From positions 330,599 through 394,598 of the forward strand of contig JBEKTZ010000001.1 of assembly GCA_049515535.1 (NCBI GenBank): a DNA stretch of 64,000 nt. Reading direction: 5' to 3'. Position numbers and translations under genes: made by a program. The stretch comes from Candidatus Aminicenantales bacterium. GTDB taxonomy: Bacteria > Acidobacteriota > Aminicenantia > Aminicenantales > UBA4085. Under the pieces are notes generated by a model. It saw only the letters and a list, made by a program, of their open reading frames with translations. It was not told the DNA's origin and did no database searches. Positions within the stretch are counted from its first letter, which is position 1, and every line of letters starts with the position of its first letter. Positions 48,444 through 58,327 of this stretch are shown here, piece by piece.

Positions 48444-48764
48444 TTTTTTAAAATTAGCATAAGCGCCGGGGAAAAGCAACATGGGGTGAGTCCTGGAAGA
48501 AGAATGGGGGAAAAGGGGGGGCGGGATCGCGCCGATGACTCTCTCCCCCGTGCCATCTTTGCGGGTGAGGAGAATTTCACTCCTGCATTCACCGCCCTAG
48601 GGGATTGTCGATTTCGCCCTTGATTGCATAATGAAAGCGTCTGAGATAATATGCAAAAAGAGGAGTCTCCTGCCAAAAATTGTCAAAATAGGTTTGACAT
48701 GAAAGGCGTTTTTTGTTAATCACATGAGGAGACTCTGAAACTCATGCAATAAAGCCGGATCCTT

Positions 48765-49250
48765 ATGGAGAAAAAAGCGATTTATCCCGGATCGTTTGAT
48801 CCCATTACCAATGGGCATGTAGATATCATACTCAGAGGAGAGAAATTATTTCCTCGCATATTGATCGCCGTGCTGGAAAATCCTAAAAAAGAGACCCTCT
48901 TTTCCACGGAGGAGCGCATCGAGATCATCCGGGAAATCTTCAAAGACCACCCCGGCATCGAAGTCCAGGCCTTCCACGGGCTTCTCGTCGAGTTCGCCAA
49001 AAAGAACAAAGCGCTGATCGTCATTCGGGGCTTGCGGGCCGTTTCGGACTTTGAATATGAATTCCAGATGGCCTTGATGAACAAAGGGCTCAACCCGTCC
49101 GTGGAAACCTTATTCATGATGCCCAGCGCCAAATACGCCTTTTTGAGCTCAAGCCTCGTCAAAGAGGTCTTTATCCTGGGCGGAGGGATCAGCGATCTCG
49201 TCCCTTCTATCGTCGAGAAGCGCTTGCATGAGAAAACCCGCAAAGACTGA
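48765..49250 (+). CDS. coaD: Phosphopantetheine adenylyltransferase
   Basis: YPGSFDPITNGH, RGLRAVSDFEYE, SSSLVKE. Confidence 0.96.
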   Translation: MEKKAIYPGSFDPITNGHVDIILRGEKLFPRILIAVLENPKKETLFSTEERIEIIREIFKDHPGIEVQAFHGLLVEFAKKNKALIVIRGLRAVSDFEYEFQMALMNKGLNPSVETLFMMPSAKYAFLSSSLVKEVFILGGGISDLVPSIVEKRLHEKTRKD

Positions 49251-49279
49251 GAGTCTTCTCTTAAGAAGATAGGAGAAAG

Positions 49280-50359
49280 ATGTTCGGCTTCAATCGGGAA
49301 AAGGTCTTTGTCGGCCTCGATATAGGCTCGCACGCCGTCAAAGCCCTTGAACTCCAGGTTCGGAAGAAAGGAAGGATCGAGTTCTTCGAGGTCGCCCGGA
49401 TCGGTTACGAACAGCTGCCCCACGAAGCGATCGTGGAGGGGACGATCATCGACCCGACGGCCGTCGCCGCGGCCATCGACGCGCTTTTCGAGAGAGCCAA
49501 AATCGGGAATCGCGACGTCGTCATCTCGATCTCCGGGAATTCCGTCATCATCAAGAGGATCTCCCTGCCGTCCATGGAGACGGAAGAGCTCGCGGAGTCG
49601 ATCATCTGGGAAGCGAAGCACAATATCCCCTATCCCTATGAGGAGACTCACGTCGATTATGCCATCCTCAAGCCGTCGCCCGGCGCGGATAGCCAGAACC
49701 TGGAGATCCTCTTGGTCGCCGTCAAAAAGGACAAGATCGCGTCGTACAGCAACGTGATCAATCTGGCTCATAAGAATCTCGAGGCCATCGAGGTCGATGC
49801 CTTCGCCCTTCATAACGCCCTCGAAATCAACTATCCCGAGGAATTCCGGGAGAAAATCACGGCCTTCGTCAACATCGGCGCCGCCATCACGACGATCGTC
49901 ATTTGTGAAAAGGGGATTCCCCAACTCTTCAGGGACCTCTCCATAGGCGGATCTTATTTCATCGAAAACATGCGTAAAGATCTGAACATCGGCTATGAAG
50001 ACGCCGAGGCCATTCTGAAAGGGACAGCGTCCAGGGCCCTGCCGCCAGCCGAAATCGATGCCGCCCTGGCCGCGAACGTCAAAAGTCTTATCGAGGAGAT
50101 CGAAAAGACCTTCACCTTCTTCGCGGCCGAAGACAACAAGCATAAGAAAATCGAACAGATCTTTCTCGGCGGAGGCATGGCCAATCTCAAGAACATCTCC
50201 GGCGATTTCGAGCAAAAGACCGGGGTCAAGACCGTCTTGTTCGACCCTTTCCGCGCCGTCTTTTATAATGAAAAAAAGCTGAACCGCGTGTATTACCAGG
50301 AGATGGCCACGTTCTTCGGAGTGGCGGTGGGACTCGCCACTCGGAAAAAAGAGAAATGA
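49280..50359 (+). CDS. pilM: Type IV pilus assembly protein PilM
   Basis: GLDIGS..VK, actin-like fold, VAVGLA.R. Confidence 0.92.
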   Translation: MFGFNREKVFVGLDIGSHAVKALELQVRKKGRIEFFEVARIGYEQLPHEAIVEGTIIDPTAVAAAIDALFERAKIGNRDVVISISGNSVIIKRISLPSMETEELAESIIWEAKHNIPYPYEETHVDYAILKPSPGADSQNLEILLVAVKKDKIASYSNVINLAHKNLEAIEVDAFALHNALEINYPEEFREKITAFVNIGAAITTIVICEKGIPQLFRDLSIGGSYFIENMRKDLNIGYEDAEAILKGTASRALPPAEIDAALAANVKSLIEEIEKTFTFFAAEDNKHKKIEQIFLGGGMANLKNISGDFEQKTGVKTVLFDPFRAVFYNEKKLNRVYYQEMATFFGVAVGLATRKKEK

Positions 50360-50363
50360 ATCC

Positions 50364-50993
50364 ATGATTCGCGTCAACTTGCTGAAGATCGAAAAAAAGG
50401 AGCTCGAAGCCAAGCCCGCCACCTTATTCGAGGCGGAAGCCAAAGCCAAGAAAAAGGCGCCCAAGGGCAACCTGGTCATCGTCCTGGTCCTCATCCTCCT
50501 GGCCGTCCTGGCCTATCTCCAAAACAAAGACCTCAAGGCCGAACGCGCCCTTTTAGACGCCGCCCTTGAAGAAAAGAAAACGCTCGAGCCCGTATTGACC
50601 AAGTTGGAGCAAGTCGAATTCCAGAAATCGATGCTCGAGAAAAAGATCGGTTTGATCAATCAGCTCAAAGCGCAGCAGGGCGACGCGGTCAAAATCATGT
50701 CCGAGCTCAGCACTTGCCTCCCCGATTGGGTCTGGCTCACCGAAGCCTCCCTCGGCCGGCAATCCCTGCAAATCAAGGGCAAGGCCTTGTCCAACATCCT
50801 GATCTCGGACTACATGCGCAATCTGGAGAACAGCGGTCTTTTCGGCACCGTCAGCCTTCTCGGATCCGCTCAAAAAACCCAGGGGAACAGCCAATTCTTT
50901 GAATTCGCTCTTTCCGCCAATATGCTCTCTCCCCAGGAACCTGCGCCCCCCTCCAAACAGGCCGTGGCGCGCAGCACGACGGAGGGCCGTTGA
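50364..50993 (+). CDS. pilN: Type IV pilus assembly protein PilN
   Basis: RVNLL, TM, coiled coil, P..VWL. Confidence 0.9.
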   Translation: MIRVNLLKIEKKELEAKPATLFEAEAKAKKKAPKGNLVIVLVLILLAVLAYLQNKDLKAERALLDAALEEKKTLEPVLTKLEQVEFQKSMLEKKIGLINQLKAQQGDAVKIMSELSTCLPDWVWLTEASLGRQSLQIKGKALSNILISDYMRNLENSGLFGTVSLLGSAQKTQGNSQFFEFALSANMLSPQEPAPPSKQAVARSTTEGR

Positions 50994-51592
50994 AAAACAA
51001 GCCGTGGTATTTCTATGCCTTTCTGGGGCTTCTTGCCGCCGGCCTGATCTACGTGATCTACTTCAAACCCCGGCAGGACGAGCTGAAAGACCTGCGGAGC
51101 GAACGCGTCAAGACGGAAGATGAAATGACCACGCTCCGGGCCAAGAAACGCCAGCTCGATAAAATCGAGGGCGAACTCATCAGTCTGAACAAATCCCTGG
51201 CCGAGCTGGAGGTGATCATCCCTCGGAAGAAGGAGATCGGCGAGATCCTCCGCAGCTTCCAGCAGATCGCCACGGAATTGCAGCTCGATGTCAGCCGGTT
51301 CAGCCCGGAGAAGGAAACCAACAAGGATTTTTATTCCGAACAGCCCATTCCGATCGAAGTCGTCGGCAATTATCACAATCTCGCCCGGTTTTTCGATCAG
51401 ATCCTCCATTTTCCAAGGCTCTTCAACATCGACGATTTTTCGATCAAGAGTCTTTCCAGCCAGTCCGAGGACGCCACGATCTCGGCCCTATTCACCGCCA
51501 AAACCTATTTCTTCCTGGAGGAGAGTCAGATCAAGAAGCCTGAACCCGTCAAACCCCAAAAGCCATCGAAGGAAGTCGATGAAATTCGTTAA
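50990..51592 (+). CDS. pilO: Type IV pilus assembly protein PilO
   Basis: TM, coiled coil, P...EI, FY.E.PI, G.YH....FF. Confidence 0.9.
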   Translation: MKNKPWYFYAFLGLLAAGLIYVIYFKPRQDELKDLRSERVKTEDEMTTLRAKKRQLDKIEGELISLNKSLAELEVIIPRKKEIGEILRSFQQIATELQLDVSRFSPEKETNKDFYSEQPIPIEVVGNYHNLARFFDQILHFPRLFNIDDFSIKSLSSQSEDATISALFTAKTYFFLEESQIKKPEPVKPQKPSKEVDEIR

Positions 51593-52034
51593 AAAGGTCT
51601 CCTTGTTCGCGCTGGTCGCTGCGCTCGCGGCGCCGATCGGATTCTCTCAGTCCACGCCCCAAGAAGGAAAAAAGAAGGCCGGGCCGGCATTCTCGTATCA
51701 TGCCGGAGATCGCCGCGATCCCTTCAAAGATCTCTTCGGAGGGAAAGAGGTCAGGGACAAAAGGGCGATCGGCGGCCTGGCCGATCTCTCGATCGACGAT
51801 ATCACGCTCATGGGGATCGTCAAATCGCAGGGAAATCTGGTGGCCATTCTCAGTCTGACCGAGGGCTTTCCGCTGACCATTCACGAAGGGGACCGGCTGG
51901 CCGACGGTTTCGTGGCGTCGATCGACGCATCCCGGGTCGTGTTCAGAAAGACGCGGGACAGCAAAGGCTTGCCTCTCGCCAAGCCCCGGGATATCATAAA
52001 GGAAATCATGCCAGAGGAGCGCGAATATGAATAG
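51579..52034 (+). CDS. pilP: PilP-like protein
   Basis: Y....RRDPF, L.GI, GD motifs; located between pilO and pilQ. Confidence 0.8.
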   Translation: MKFVKKVSLFALVAALAAPIGFSQSTPQEGKKKAGPAFSYHAGDRRDPFKDLFGGKEVRDKRAIGGLADLSIDDITLMGIVKSQGNLVAILSLTEGFPLTIHEGDRLADGFVASIDASRVVFRKTRDSKGLPLAKPRDIIKEIMPEEREYE

Positions 52035-54336
52035 GTACCTTGCCCGGCTTGCCCTCCCCGTTTTCGGTCTCCTTCTCGTTCTGGGCGGAATGAGCCAGCC
52101 GAGCCGGCCTCGCGTCACTGTGAACAAGATCTCGATCCTTCCCGCCCGGACGGGCGGCATGATCGTCCTGGAATCCGACGCTCCTCTTCAAAATATCAAA
52201 GCGGCCTACGCTAAAGAATTCCCTTCCATACTGGTCGTCGAGTTGGGCCCCGTCCAAATGCCGCCGGCGCCGTCCGTGCCGGCCGACGAAACGCAGCTCG
52301 TAAAAGACATGAAAATCCAGACCGCGACGGACCTCCGGGCATCGCTTTTTCTGACCCTCAGGGAAGCGGTCCCTTTCCGCGTCTATGCCGACGCGAAAAA
52401 AACCGTGATCGACTTGGTCAGGATCAACAGGACGGGAGACGATCTCGTCGCTCCGGAGACGCTTCAGGATCTTTCCCGGACATCGCGGAAAACCTTCGCT
52501 CTCGGCGGTATCGAGATTGAAGACAAGAGCGGGCGCTTGGCCGTCGTTTCCCGGGCGGGCCAAAAAACGATCACCAATATCTTTGCTCTGGACAATCCGC
52601 TCCGTTTGGTCGTGGATATATATGACGCCGTCTATGGACGGCCGACGCAGACGATCCCCATCGGAAAATTCGGCGTTGTCAAGATCAAAGTCGGGCAGTT
52701 TCAGACGCCCCCTCCCTATACCGTGACGAGACTGGTTTTCGAACTAGAAGAACCGCGTCTTTTCACCTTCGAAAACGGCCCGAATGCGTTGACGATTTCT
52801 TTTCCCGGAGATTCGGCCGCTCCGGCGGCGGCGCCAAAAACCGTGGAGCCGAATGGCGCGGAGTCGACGCTGAAAGCCGGGGTCAAGGCCGTCGAGACGG
52901 CGCCGACAAAACCGGCGGACCAGAAAACGGCGGGAGCCGTGAAGCCCGCCGAAGCGGCCGCCGCTCCGGCCAAGGGTGTCGGCGAAAATCCGCCGGCGAA
53001 TCCGCCGGCCGCCGCTCAGACGGATGCCCCGCAAAAAGAAGAAAAGCGGAATATCAAGACCATCCAAAATGGCGAAGAAAAATATTCCGGCGAGCTCTTG
53101 AGCCCGCGTTTCAAAGACGCCGACCTTCGGGACGTCGTTCTTTGGCTCGCCGAGCAGGCCGGATTGAACGTCATCTTCGATCCCGAGGTTCATGGCAGCG
53201 TCACGTGCAGCTTCGAAGCCGTTCCCTGGGACCAGTTCCTGGACATCATCCTGAAAAACAACAAACAGGGCAAAACCCTGGAAGGCAACGTCCTCCGCAT
53301 CGCCCCCGTCGGGATTCTGGCCGACGAGGAAAAAGCCCAGCAGACGCTGCGCGACGCGAAAGAACAATCCGGCCTCATGCAGACGAGGATGTTCACGCTG
53401 TCCTACGCGAAAGCCAAAGACCTGGTCGAGCTGCTGAAAAATAAGAAATCGACGCGAGGGGAAATCGTTTCCGACGAACGGACGAACACCCTCATCGTTT
53501 CGGACGTCAAGGAGAAGATCGACATCATCGAAAATCTCATCGTCACGCTCGACGCGGCGACCCCCCAGGTCCAGATCGAAACGCGGATCGTCGAAGCCTC
53601 GTCGACATTCGTCCAAAATCTCGGCATCCAGTGGGGCTTCAAGGGAATCGCCGATCCATTTTATGGTAATCAAACCTCCCTCCAGTTCCCGAACAAGGTC
53701 TTGGTCGACGGCGCGATGATCCCGCAGGGTAATATCACCAAAGGGATCAGCGGCCCGCTCGGAGGTTACGCCGTCAACCTGCCGGCCTCCTCGTTCAACA
53801 GCGTCATCGGCGTTTCCTTCGCCAACATCCTCGATACGTTCCGCTTGGATCTGGCCCTCTCGGCCCTCGAAACCTCGGGCGACGGCCGGATCGTTTCGAC
53901 CCAACGGATCTCGGCCGTCAACAACAAAGAAGCCTACATCAACCAGGGCCGGCAGATTCCCGTCCAGACTTCGGCCAATTTCACGGTCACGACGCAGTAC
54001 GTCAACGCCGGCCTCGAGCTCCGGGCCACGCCTCAAATCACCGCCGATGGGACGATCATCCTGCTCATCGATATCCAAAACAACGCGGCCGACTTCGCGA
54101 ACCTCGTCAACGGGATCCCGCCGATCACCACGCAGAGCGCCAAAACGACCGTGACGGTGCCCGACGGCGGGACGACCGTCATCGGCGGCATCATGCGCGT
54201 CGAAGACGCCATTACCCGGGAACGGGTCCCCTTCCTCTACAGCATCCCGATTCTGGGAAACCTGTTCAAATCCTTTTCCAAGACAAGGCAGAACCGCGAG
54301 CTTCTTATTTTCATCACGCCGAGGATCGCGAAATAG
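52027..54336 (+). CDS. pilQ: Type IV pilus secretin PilQ with AMIN domains
   Basis: P.RLVVDI AMIN, F.DAD, VPWDQ, D.RTNTLIV, QVQIE..IVE, VPFL..IPILG.LF, ELLIFITPRI. Confidence 0.94.
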   Translation: MNRYLARLALPVFGLLLVLGGMSQPSRPRVTVNKISILPARTGGMIVLESDAPLQNIKAAYAKEFPSILVVELGPVQMPPAPSVPADETQLVKDMKIQTATDLRASLFLTLREAVPFRVYADAKKTVIDLVRINRTGDDLVAPETLQDLSRTSRKTFALGGIEIEDKSGRLAVVSRAGQKTITNIFALDNPLRLVVDIYDAVYGRPTQTIPIGKFGVVKIKVGQFQTPPPYTVTRLVFELEEPRLFTFENGPNALTISFPGDSAAPAAAPKTVEPNGAESTLKAGVKAVETAPTKPADQKTAGAVKPAEAAAAPAKGVGENPPANPPAAAQTDAPQKEEKRNIKTIQNGEEKYSGELLSPRFKDADLRDVVLWLAEQAGLNVIFDPEVHGSVTCSFEAVPWDQFLDIILKNNKQGKTLEGNVLRIAPVGILADEEKAQQTLRDAKEQSGLMQTRMFTLSYAKAKDLVELLKNKKSTRGEIVSDERTNTLIVSDVKEKIDIIENLIVTLDAATPQVQIETRIVEASSTFVQNLGIQWGFKGIADPFYGNQTSLQFPNKVLVDGAMIPQGNITKGISGPLGGYAVNLPASSFNSVIGVSFANILDTFRLDLALSALETSGDGRIVSTQRISAVNNKEAYINQGRQIPVQTSANFTVTTQYVNAGLELRATPQITADGTIILLIDIQNNAADFANLVNGIPPITTQSAKTTVTVPDGGTTVIGGIMRVEDAITRERVPFLYSIPILGNLFKSFSKTRQNRELLIFITPRIAK

Positions 54337-54349
54337 GAGGGATGCTCCC

Positions 54350-54961
54350 ATGAAAAACGCACGACCCCTTCACCACGCCCTCAAAGCCGCGGCCGTCCTC
54401 TCCGCGGCGATTTTTCTCGTCGCCTGCAATCCCGTCGAGAACAAATCCCAGTCCGCGAGCCTCCTCACCGTGACCCGTATCCGCTCCACGGATGCCCTCG
54501 GCAACGAAGTGGGCTTTTTGCAATCCGACGTTCTTTACGTGGACCCCCTGACGAGCGCCCAATCCTGGCGGGCCGACGCCGCGACGGCGACCTTGTCGGC
54601 TTCGACACTCGAACCCGATCCGCGTCTCGGAACGTCGGAATACTACGACATCCAGGTCACGCGCTATGTCGTGACCTATATCCGGTCGGACGGAATGAAC
54701 AGAGAGGGCGTCGATGTCCCCTATTCATTCGAGGGGGGGCTGTCCATTGTCGTCCGCGTCGGGCAGCCGACGGATATTTCGTTCGTGATCGTCCGGGAAG
54801 TCGCCAAGCAGGAGCCTCCGCTCGTCGGCCTGCGCCTGGCCCTTCCTGGAGACTCGCTGAACGTGACCGCGAAAGTGGAGTTCTACGGTCACGACCTGGC
54901 CAATAAGGCGGTCAAGGCCACGGGATATCTGCCGGTTTACTTTGGGAACTACGGCAATTGA
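54350..54961 (+). CDS. Lipoprotein downstream of pilQ
   Basis: LVAC lipobox; AGGAGG RBS; beta-rich. Confidence 0.75.
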   Translation: MKNARPLHHALKAAAVLSAAIFLVACNPVENKSQSASLLTVTRIRSTDALGNEVGFLQSDVLYVDPLTSAQSWRADAATATLSASTLEPDPRLGTSEYYDIQVTRYVVTYIRSDGMNREGVDVPYSFEGGLSIVVRVGQPTDISFVIVREVAKQEPPLVGLRLALPGDSLNVTAKVEFYGHDLANKAVKATGYLPVYFGNYGN

Positions 54962-55434
54962 TGAGGACAACGACCATGAAACCAAGAACGGGGCTTTTCC
55001 TGATGGGCTTGGGCGTCGCGCTGTTCATGACCGCGGGCTGCAATCGCGACAAGGTCAGGGAGCCGCTGCCGGACGGGCCGTCCACCATCCATCTGACCTT
55101 CGCCCTCTCGGCCAGCCCCAATGTGATTTATGCCGGGACGAGCCGGCCGACTTCGGAGGTCAAGGTCGTCATCAAAGACGGAAACTCGCCCGTCATGGGC
55201 GCGACCGTTTATTTTTCCATCACCAGCGGAACCGGCTACTTTTATGATTATACGCAGCGCTGCGCCGTCCAGTCCAACGAGAACGGCGTCGCCGCGCTGA
55301 CCTTCTTAGGCCCTCTGAAAACCGAGATCGCGGCGGACCAGGACGTCTGGATCCAGGCCCAAACGGCCGCCGAGTCTCCGAGCATCATCTCGAAAATGGT
55401 TCAGATCCGGGTCCTGCTCTCTCCGCCCGATTAA
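54958..55434 (+). CDS. Lipoprotein with Ig-like (invasin/Big-1-like) domain
   Basis: TAGC lipobox; A.P..I, D...PV.GATV.F, S...G.A pattern. Confidence 0.7.
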   Translation: MMRTTTMKPRTGLFLMGLGVALFMTAGCNRDKVREPLPDGPSTIHLTFALSASPNVIYAGTSRPTSEVKVVIKDGNSPVMGATVYFSITSGTGYFYDYTQRCAVQSNENGVAALTFLGPLKTEIAADQDVWIQAQTAAESPSIISKMVQIRVLLSPPD

Positions 55435-57590
55435 TCGTAGCGCACGACCGTTCTTTTGCCGCGAAGCCCCTTCAAGCATTCGGCTAGGCAGGCCTCGAGC
55501 GTCTCCTTCTCCCGGGATTTCAAGATCACCTGGACGCCCCGTTCGCCCTTGAGAATGGACGGCGGCGCCAAAGCGGGGCCGAGAATCTCGATGCCGGAAG
55601 CCTGAGCCCTTGCCCGGCTCGAGAGTTCCCGGGCTTTTTCGGCGAGCGGCCTCGGGTCTTTCCCCCAAAGCACGATTTCGGCCATGGCCGAGAAGGGCGG
55701 ATAGTTCATGAGCCGGCGAAAGCGGATTTCTTCTTCGTAGAAAGCCGGATAGTCCTCGCGGGCCGCCTCACGGATGCTGTAATGGTCGGGGAAAGCCGTT
55801 TGGATCACGATCTCCGAACCAGCGGCCGCCGGGGCGGCGAAGCGCATCATCCGCCGGACCGACTGAAACGTCTTTTGCGACGCCCGAAAATCCGCGAAGG
55901 CCAACAGGGCTTCGGGATTCAGGATTCCGATCCATGGAACGAGGGGAAGCTCCGTCGTCCGGTACGCGAGAAGCTGCGTCCCCACGAGGACATCGATCTT
56001 TCCTTCCCGGAAATTCTCGAGGACCCTCTCGCGGGCGGACTTCGTCTTCACCCGGTCGCTGTCGAAGCTCGCGACCCGGGCCTGAGGGTACAATCTCTCC
56101 AACTCTTCCACGACAGCTTCCACGCCGGCCCCCCGCGGTTCCATGACCCGGCTTCCGCAGCGCGGACAGGCCGCGGACCGCGCCTCGGAATCTCCGCAAT
56201 ACCGGCAGACCAGCCGCTCACTTTTCTTATAAAAGGTCAGGGAGATGTCGCAGCGATCGCACCTGGGGATATGGCCGCAGCGGGGACAGAAAAGGAAAGA
56301 CGCGTATCCGCGGCGGTTGATAAACAGGAGGCCGGGCCGTCCGTCTCGGAGGCTTTTCCCCAGGCCGTCCTGAAGCCTTCGCGTGAGCAGTCCGCGCTCG
56401 GACCGATCGTCCGCGATCGCGACATTTTGCTTCTCTCCGCCGCCGGACAAAGTGACGAGATGCCCCTCTGTCCGGGCTCGGTAAAAAGCCTCGACGCTCG
56501 GGGTATCGGAACCATACACGACGAGCGCGCCGTTGTCCTCGGCTTTCAGCCGGGCTCCTTGTCGCGCATCGAAGGAAGGGCTTTCGGATTGGAAATAGGC
56601 GTCATCGTGCTCTTCGTCGACGATGATCAAGCCCGCGGCATCGACCGGCGCGAAGAGCGCGGAGCGCGGGCCGATCACGACGCGCGCCGCTCCGGAGCGG
56701 ATCTTCCGCCAAGCGAGCTCGCGCGCGGCGTCCGGCATCTGGCCGTGAAGGAACGCGATGACCGGTCCCAGGCGCATTTCCAAGAGATCCTTCAGCGGGA
56801 CGGACGGCGCCAATTCCGGCAAAAGAAAAAGGACTTGTTTGGACCGCGAAAGGGCGCTCCGGATCAAATCGACGAAAACCGTCCGGCGCGCGTCCTGCGC
56901 TCCGAAAAGATAATAAGAAGAGAATTCGCCCGCCGCGAGCGGCCGGGCCAGGACGTCCAATGCGTCCCGGACAGAGGGGTCGACCGAAAAATCGAGCTCG
57001 AGCTGCGTGGGCTTGGTCCGTGAGGGAGAAGGGATTTTCGGCTTAGCCGTCTTTTTCTCCTCTAAAATCTTGATCAGCCCTTTTTTGGCCATTCGGGAAA
57101 TGACTGACGCGATGTTCTTCGCTCCGGTCTTCCGGCGCAAATAGAAAACGCGGTAGGCGCCGGGGCCGAGGACGGCGGCGGCTCTTTTTTCTTCCTTGGC
57201 CAGTGTCCCCGCCCGCAACGCCTGGATCCCTTTATCCGTCAGACCCACTCTGGCCGACGCCATCCTGACCTCAAGCGACGGTGGAAGCGCCGCTTGGAGA
57301 AAGGCCCCCCAGGATGAGCCAAAATGCTCGCTCAAACGCCGGGTGAAGGAAAGCGTCAGAGGGGAAATCACGGGCTCGATGTCGATGATTTCCAGGATTT
57401 CCTTGAGGGCCATGTCGCTCCGCGGGCTCTGTTCATGGACGCGGACGATGAAACCGGATTGCGTTTTGCCGCCCAGTTGGGCGAGGATCCTGACTCCCGG
57501 CCTGGCCGCGTCTCGGGCTTTGTCCGGGACGATGTATAAAAAGCTCTGGACGAGGGGCAAGGGAAAAACGACTTCGGCGAATCGCGTCAT
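55431..57590 (-). CDS. priA: Primosomal protein N' (PriA) with degenerate helicase motifs
   Basis: G.RSALFAP, IIVDEEHD, NRRGY, four CxxC pairs, G.E, LVGTQ, R....YPPF. Confidence 0.9.
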   Translation of the reverse strand: MTRFAEVVFPLPLVQSFLYIVPDKARDAARPGVRILAQLGGKTQSGFIVRVHEQSPRSDMALKEILEIIDIEPVISPLTLSFTRRLSEHFGSSWGAFLQAALPPSLEVRMASARVGLTDKGIQALRAGTLAKEEKRAAAVLGPGAYRVFYLRRKTGAKNIASVISRMAKKGLIKILEEKKTAKPKIPSPSRTKPTQLELDFSVDPSVRDALDVLARPLAAGEFSSYYLFGAQDARRTVFVDLIRSALSRSKQVLFLLPELAPSVPLKDLLEMRLGPVIAFLHGQMPDAARELAWRKIRSGAARVVIGPRSALFAPVDAAGLIIVDEEHDDAYFQSESPSFDARQGARLKAEDNGALVVYGSDTPSVEAFYRARTEGHLVTLSGGGEKQNVAIADDRSERGLLTRRLQDGLGKSLRDGRPGLLFINRRGYASFLFCPRCGHIPRCDRCDISLTFYKKSERLVCRYCGDSEARSAACPRCGSRVMEPRGAGVEAVVEELERLYPQARVASFDSDRVKTKSARERVLENFREGKIDVLVGTQLLAYRTTELPLVPWIGILNPEALLAFADFRASQKTFQSVRRMMRFAAPAAAGSEIVIQTAFPDHYSIREAAREDYPAFYEEEIRFRRLMNYPPFSAMAEIVLWGKDPRPLAEKARELSSRARAQASGIEILGPALAPPSILKGERGVQVILKSREKETLEACLAECLKGLRGKRTVVRYD

Positions 57591-58327
57591 TTTTTGCCGA
57601 GACGGGCCATGACCATGCGCATGTCGTCCCAGACCATCCTCTTGAGCGCCTTGTTTCCTTCGTTGCGGATGAGGTAGGACGGATGAAAGGTCGGCATGAC
57701 CGGGATGCCGCGCCATTCATAAAACCGGCCCCTGATCGCCGTCATCCCTCCCATGGAATCGGGAACGAAAAAGTCCGTGGCGCTCTTCCCCAGCGTGACG
57801 ATCACCTTGGGACGGATGTTCTTGATCTGCTCGATAAGATAAGGCGAGCAAATATCGACCTCGTCCCTGTGGGGGACGCGATTATTGGGAGGCCGGCATT
57901 TGACGATGTTCGTGATGAAGACCTCGGCCCGGTCGAATTTCATGGCCTGGATGATCTTCGTCAGGAGCTGTCCGGCCCGGCCGACGAACGGGCGTCCCTG
58001 CGCGTCTTCATCGTGTCCCGGACCTTCCCCGACAAACATGAGCTCCGCCCGGAAATTGCCTTCACCGGGGACGGACTGGGTCCTCTCGGCAGCCAAAGGG
58101 CACTTTCGGCAGCGAAGGATCTCCGCGTGAATCGTCTGAATGTCCGAGGCGGCCTCCGAAAGCCCGCCTGAAGGCGAAGACGGCGGACATGGAGACGCGC
58201 CCTCCGGGATTGAAGATCCGGGGATGGAAGAAGATTCGCTTTTGAAGATAAAATCCGCCCCGATGTCCCGGAAGAATTTCAGTCTCTCCTCAAGGTCGGA
58301 AAGGATCCTGTCAGCGTCTTTTTCCAA
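57587..58327 (-). CDS. Uracil-DNA glycosylase family 4
   Basis: C.KC.L, GEGPG..ED..G.PFVG.AG.LL, NIVKCRPP.NR, TFHPS. Confidence 0.93.
   Translation of the reverse strand: MEKDADRILSDLEERLKFFRDIGADFIFKSESSSIPGSSIPEGASPCPPSSPSGGLSEAASDIQTIHAEILRCRKCPLAAERTQSVPGEGNFRAELMFVGEGPGHDEDAQGRPFVGRAGQLLTKIIQAMKFDRAEVFITNIVKCRPPNNRVPHRDEVDICSPYLIEQIKNIRPKVIVTLGKSATDFFVPDSMGGMTAIRGRFYEWRGIPVMPTFHPSYLIRNEGNKALKRMVWDDMRMVMARLGKK

Noticed and set aside
52800..53040. Ala/Pro-rich stretch in pilQ as a tandem repeat
   Set aside because: Ordinary flexible linker without a regular DNA period
44911..54351. Long antisense ORFs (457, 400, 570 and 535 aa) opposite sppA, the mutase, coaD/pilM and pilQ
   Set aside because: They fully overlap clearly identified genes on the other strand
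58140..58240. Ser/Pro-rich linker of UDG as another in-frame repeat insertion
   Set aside because: No second copy in the window; low-complexity linkers are normal here in family-4 UDGs
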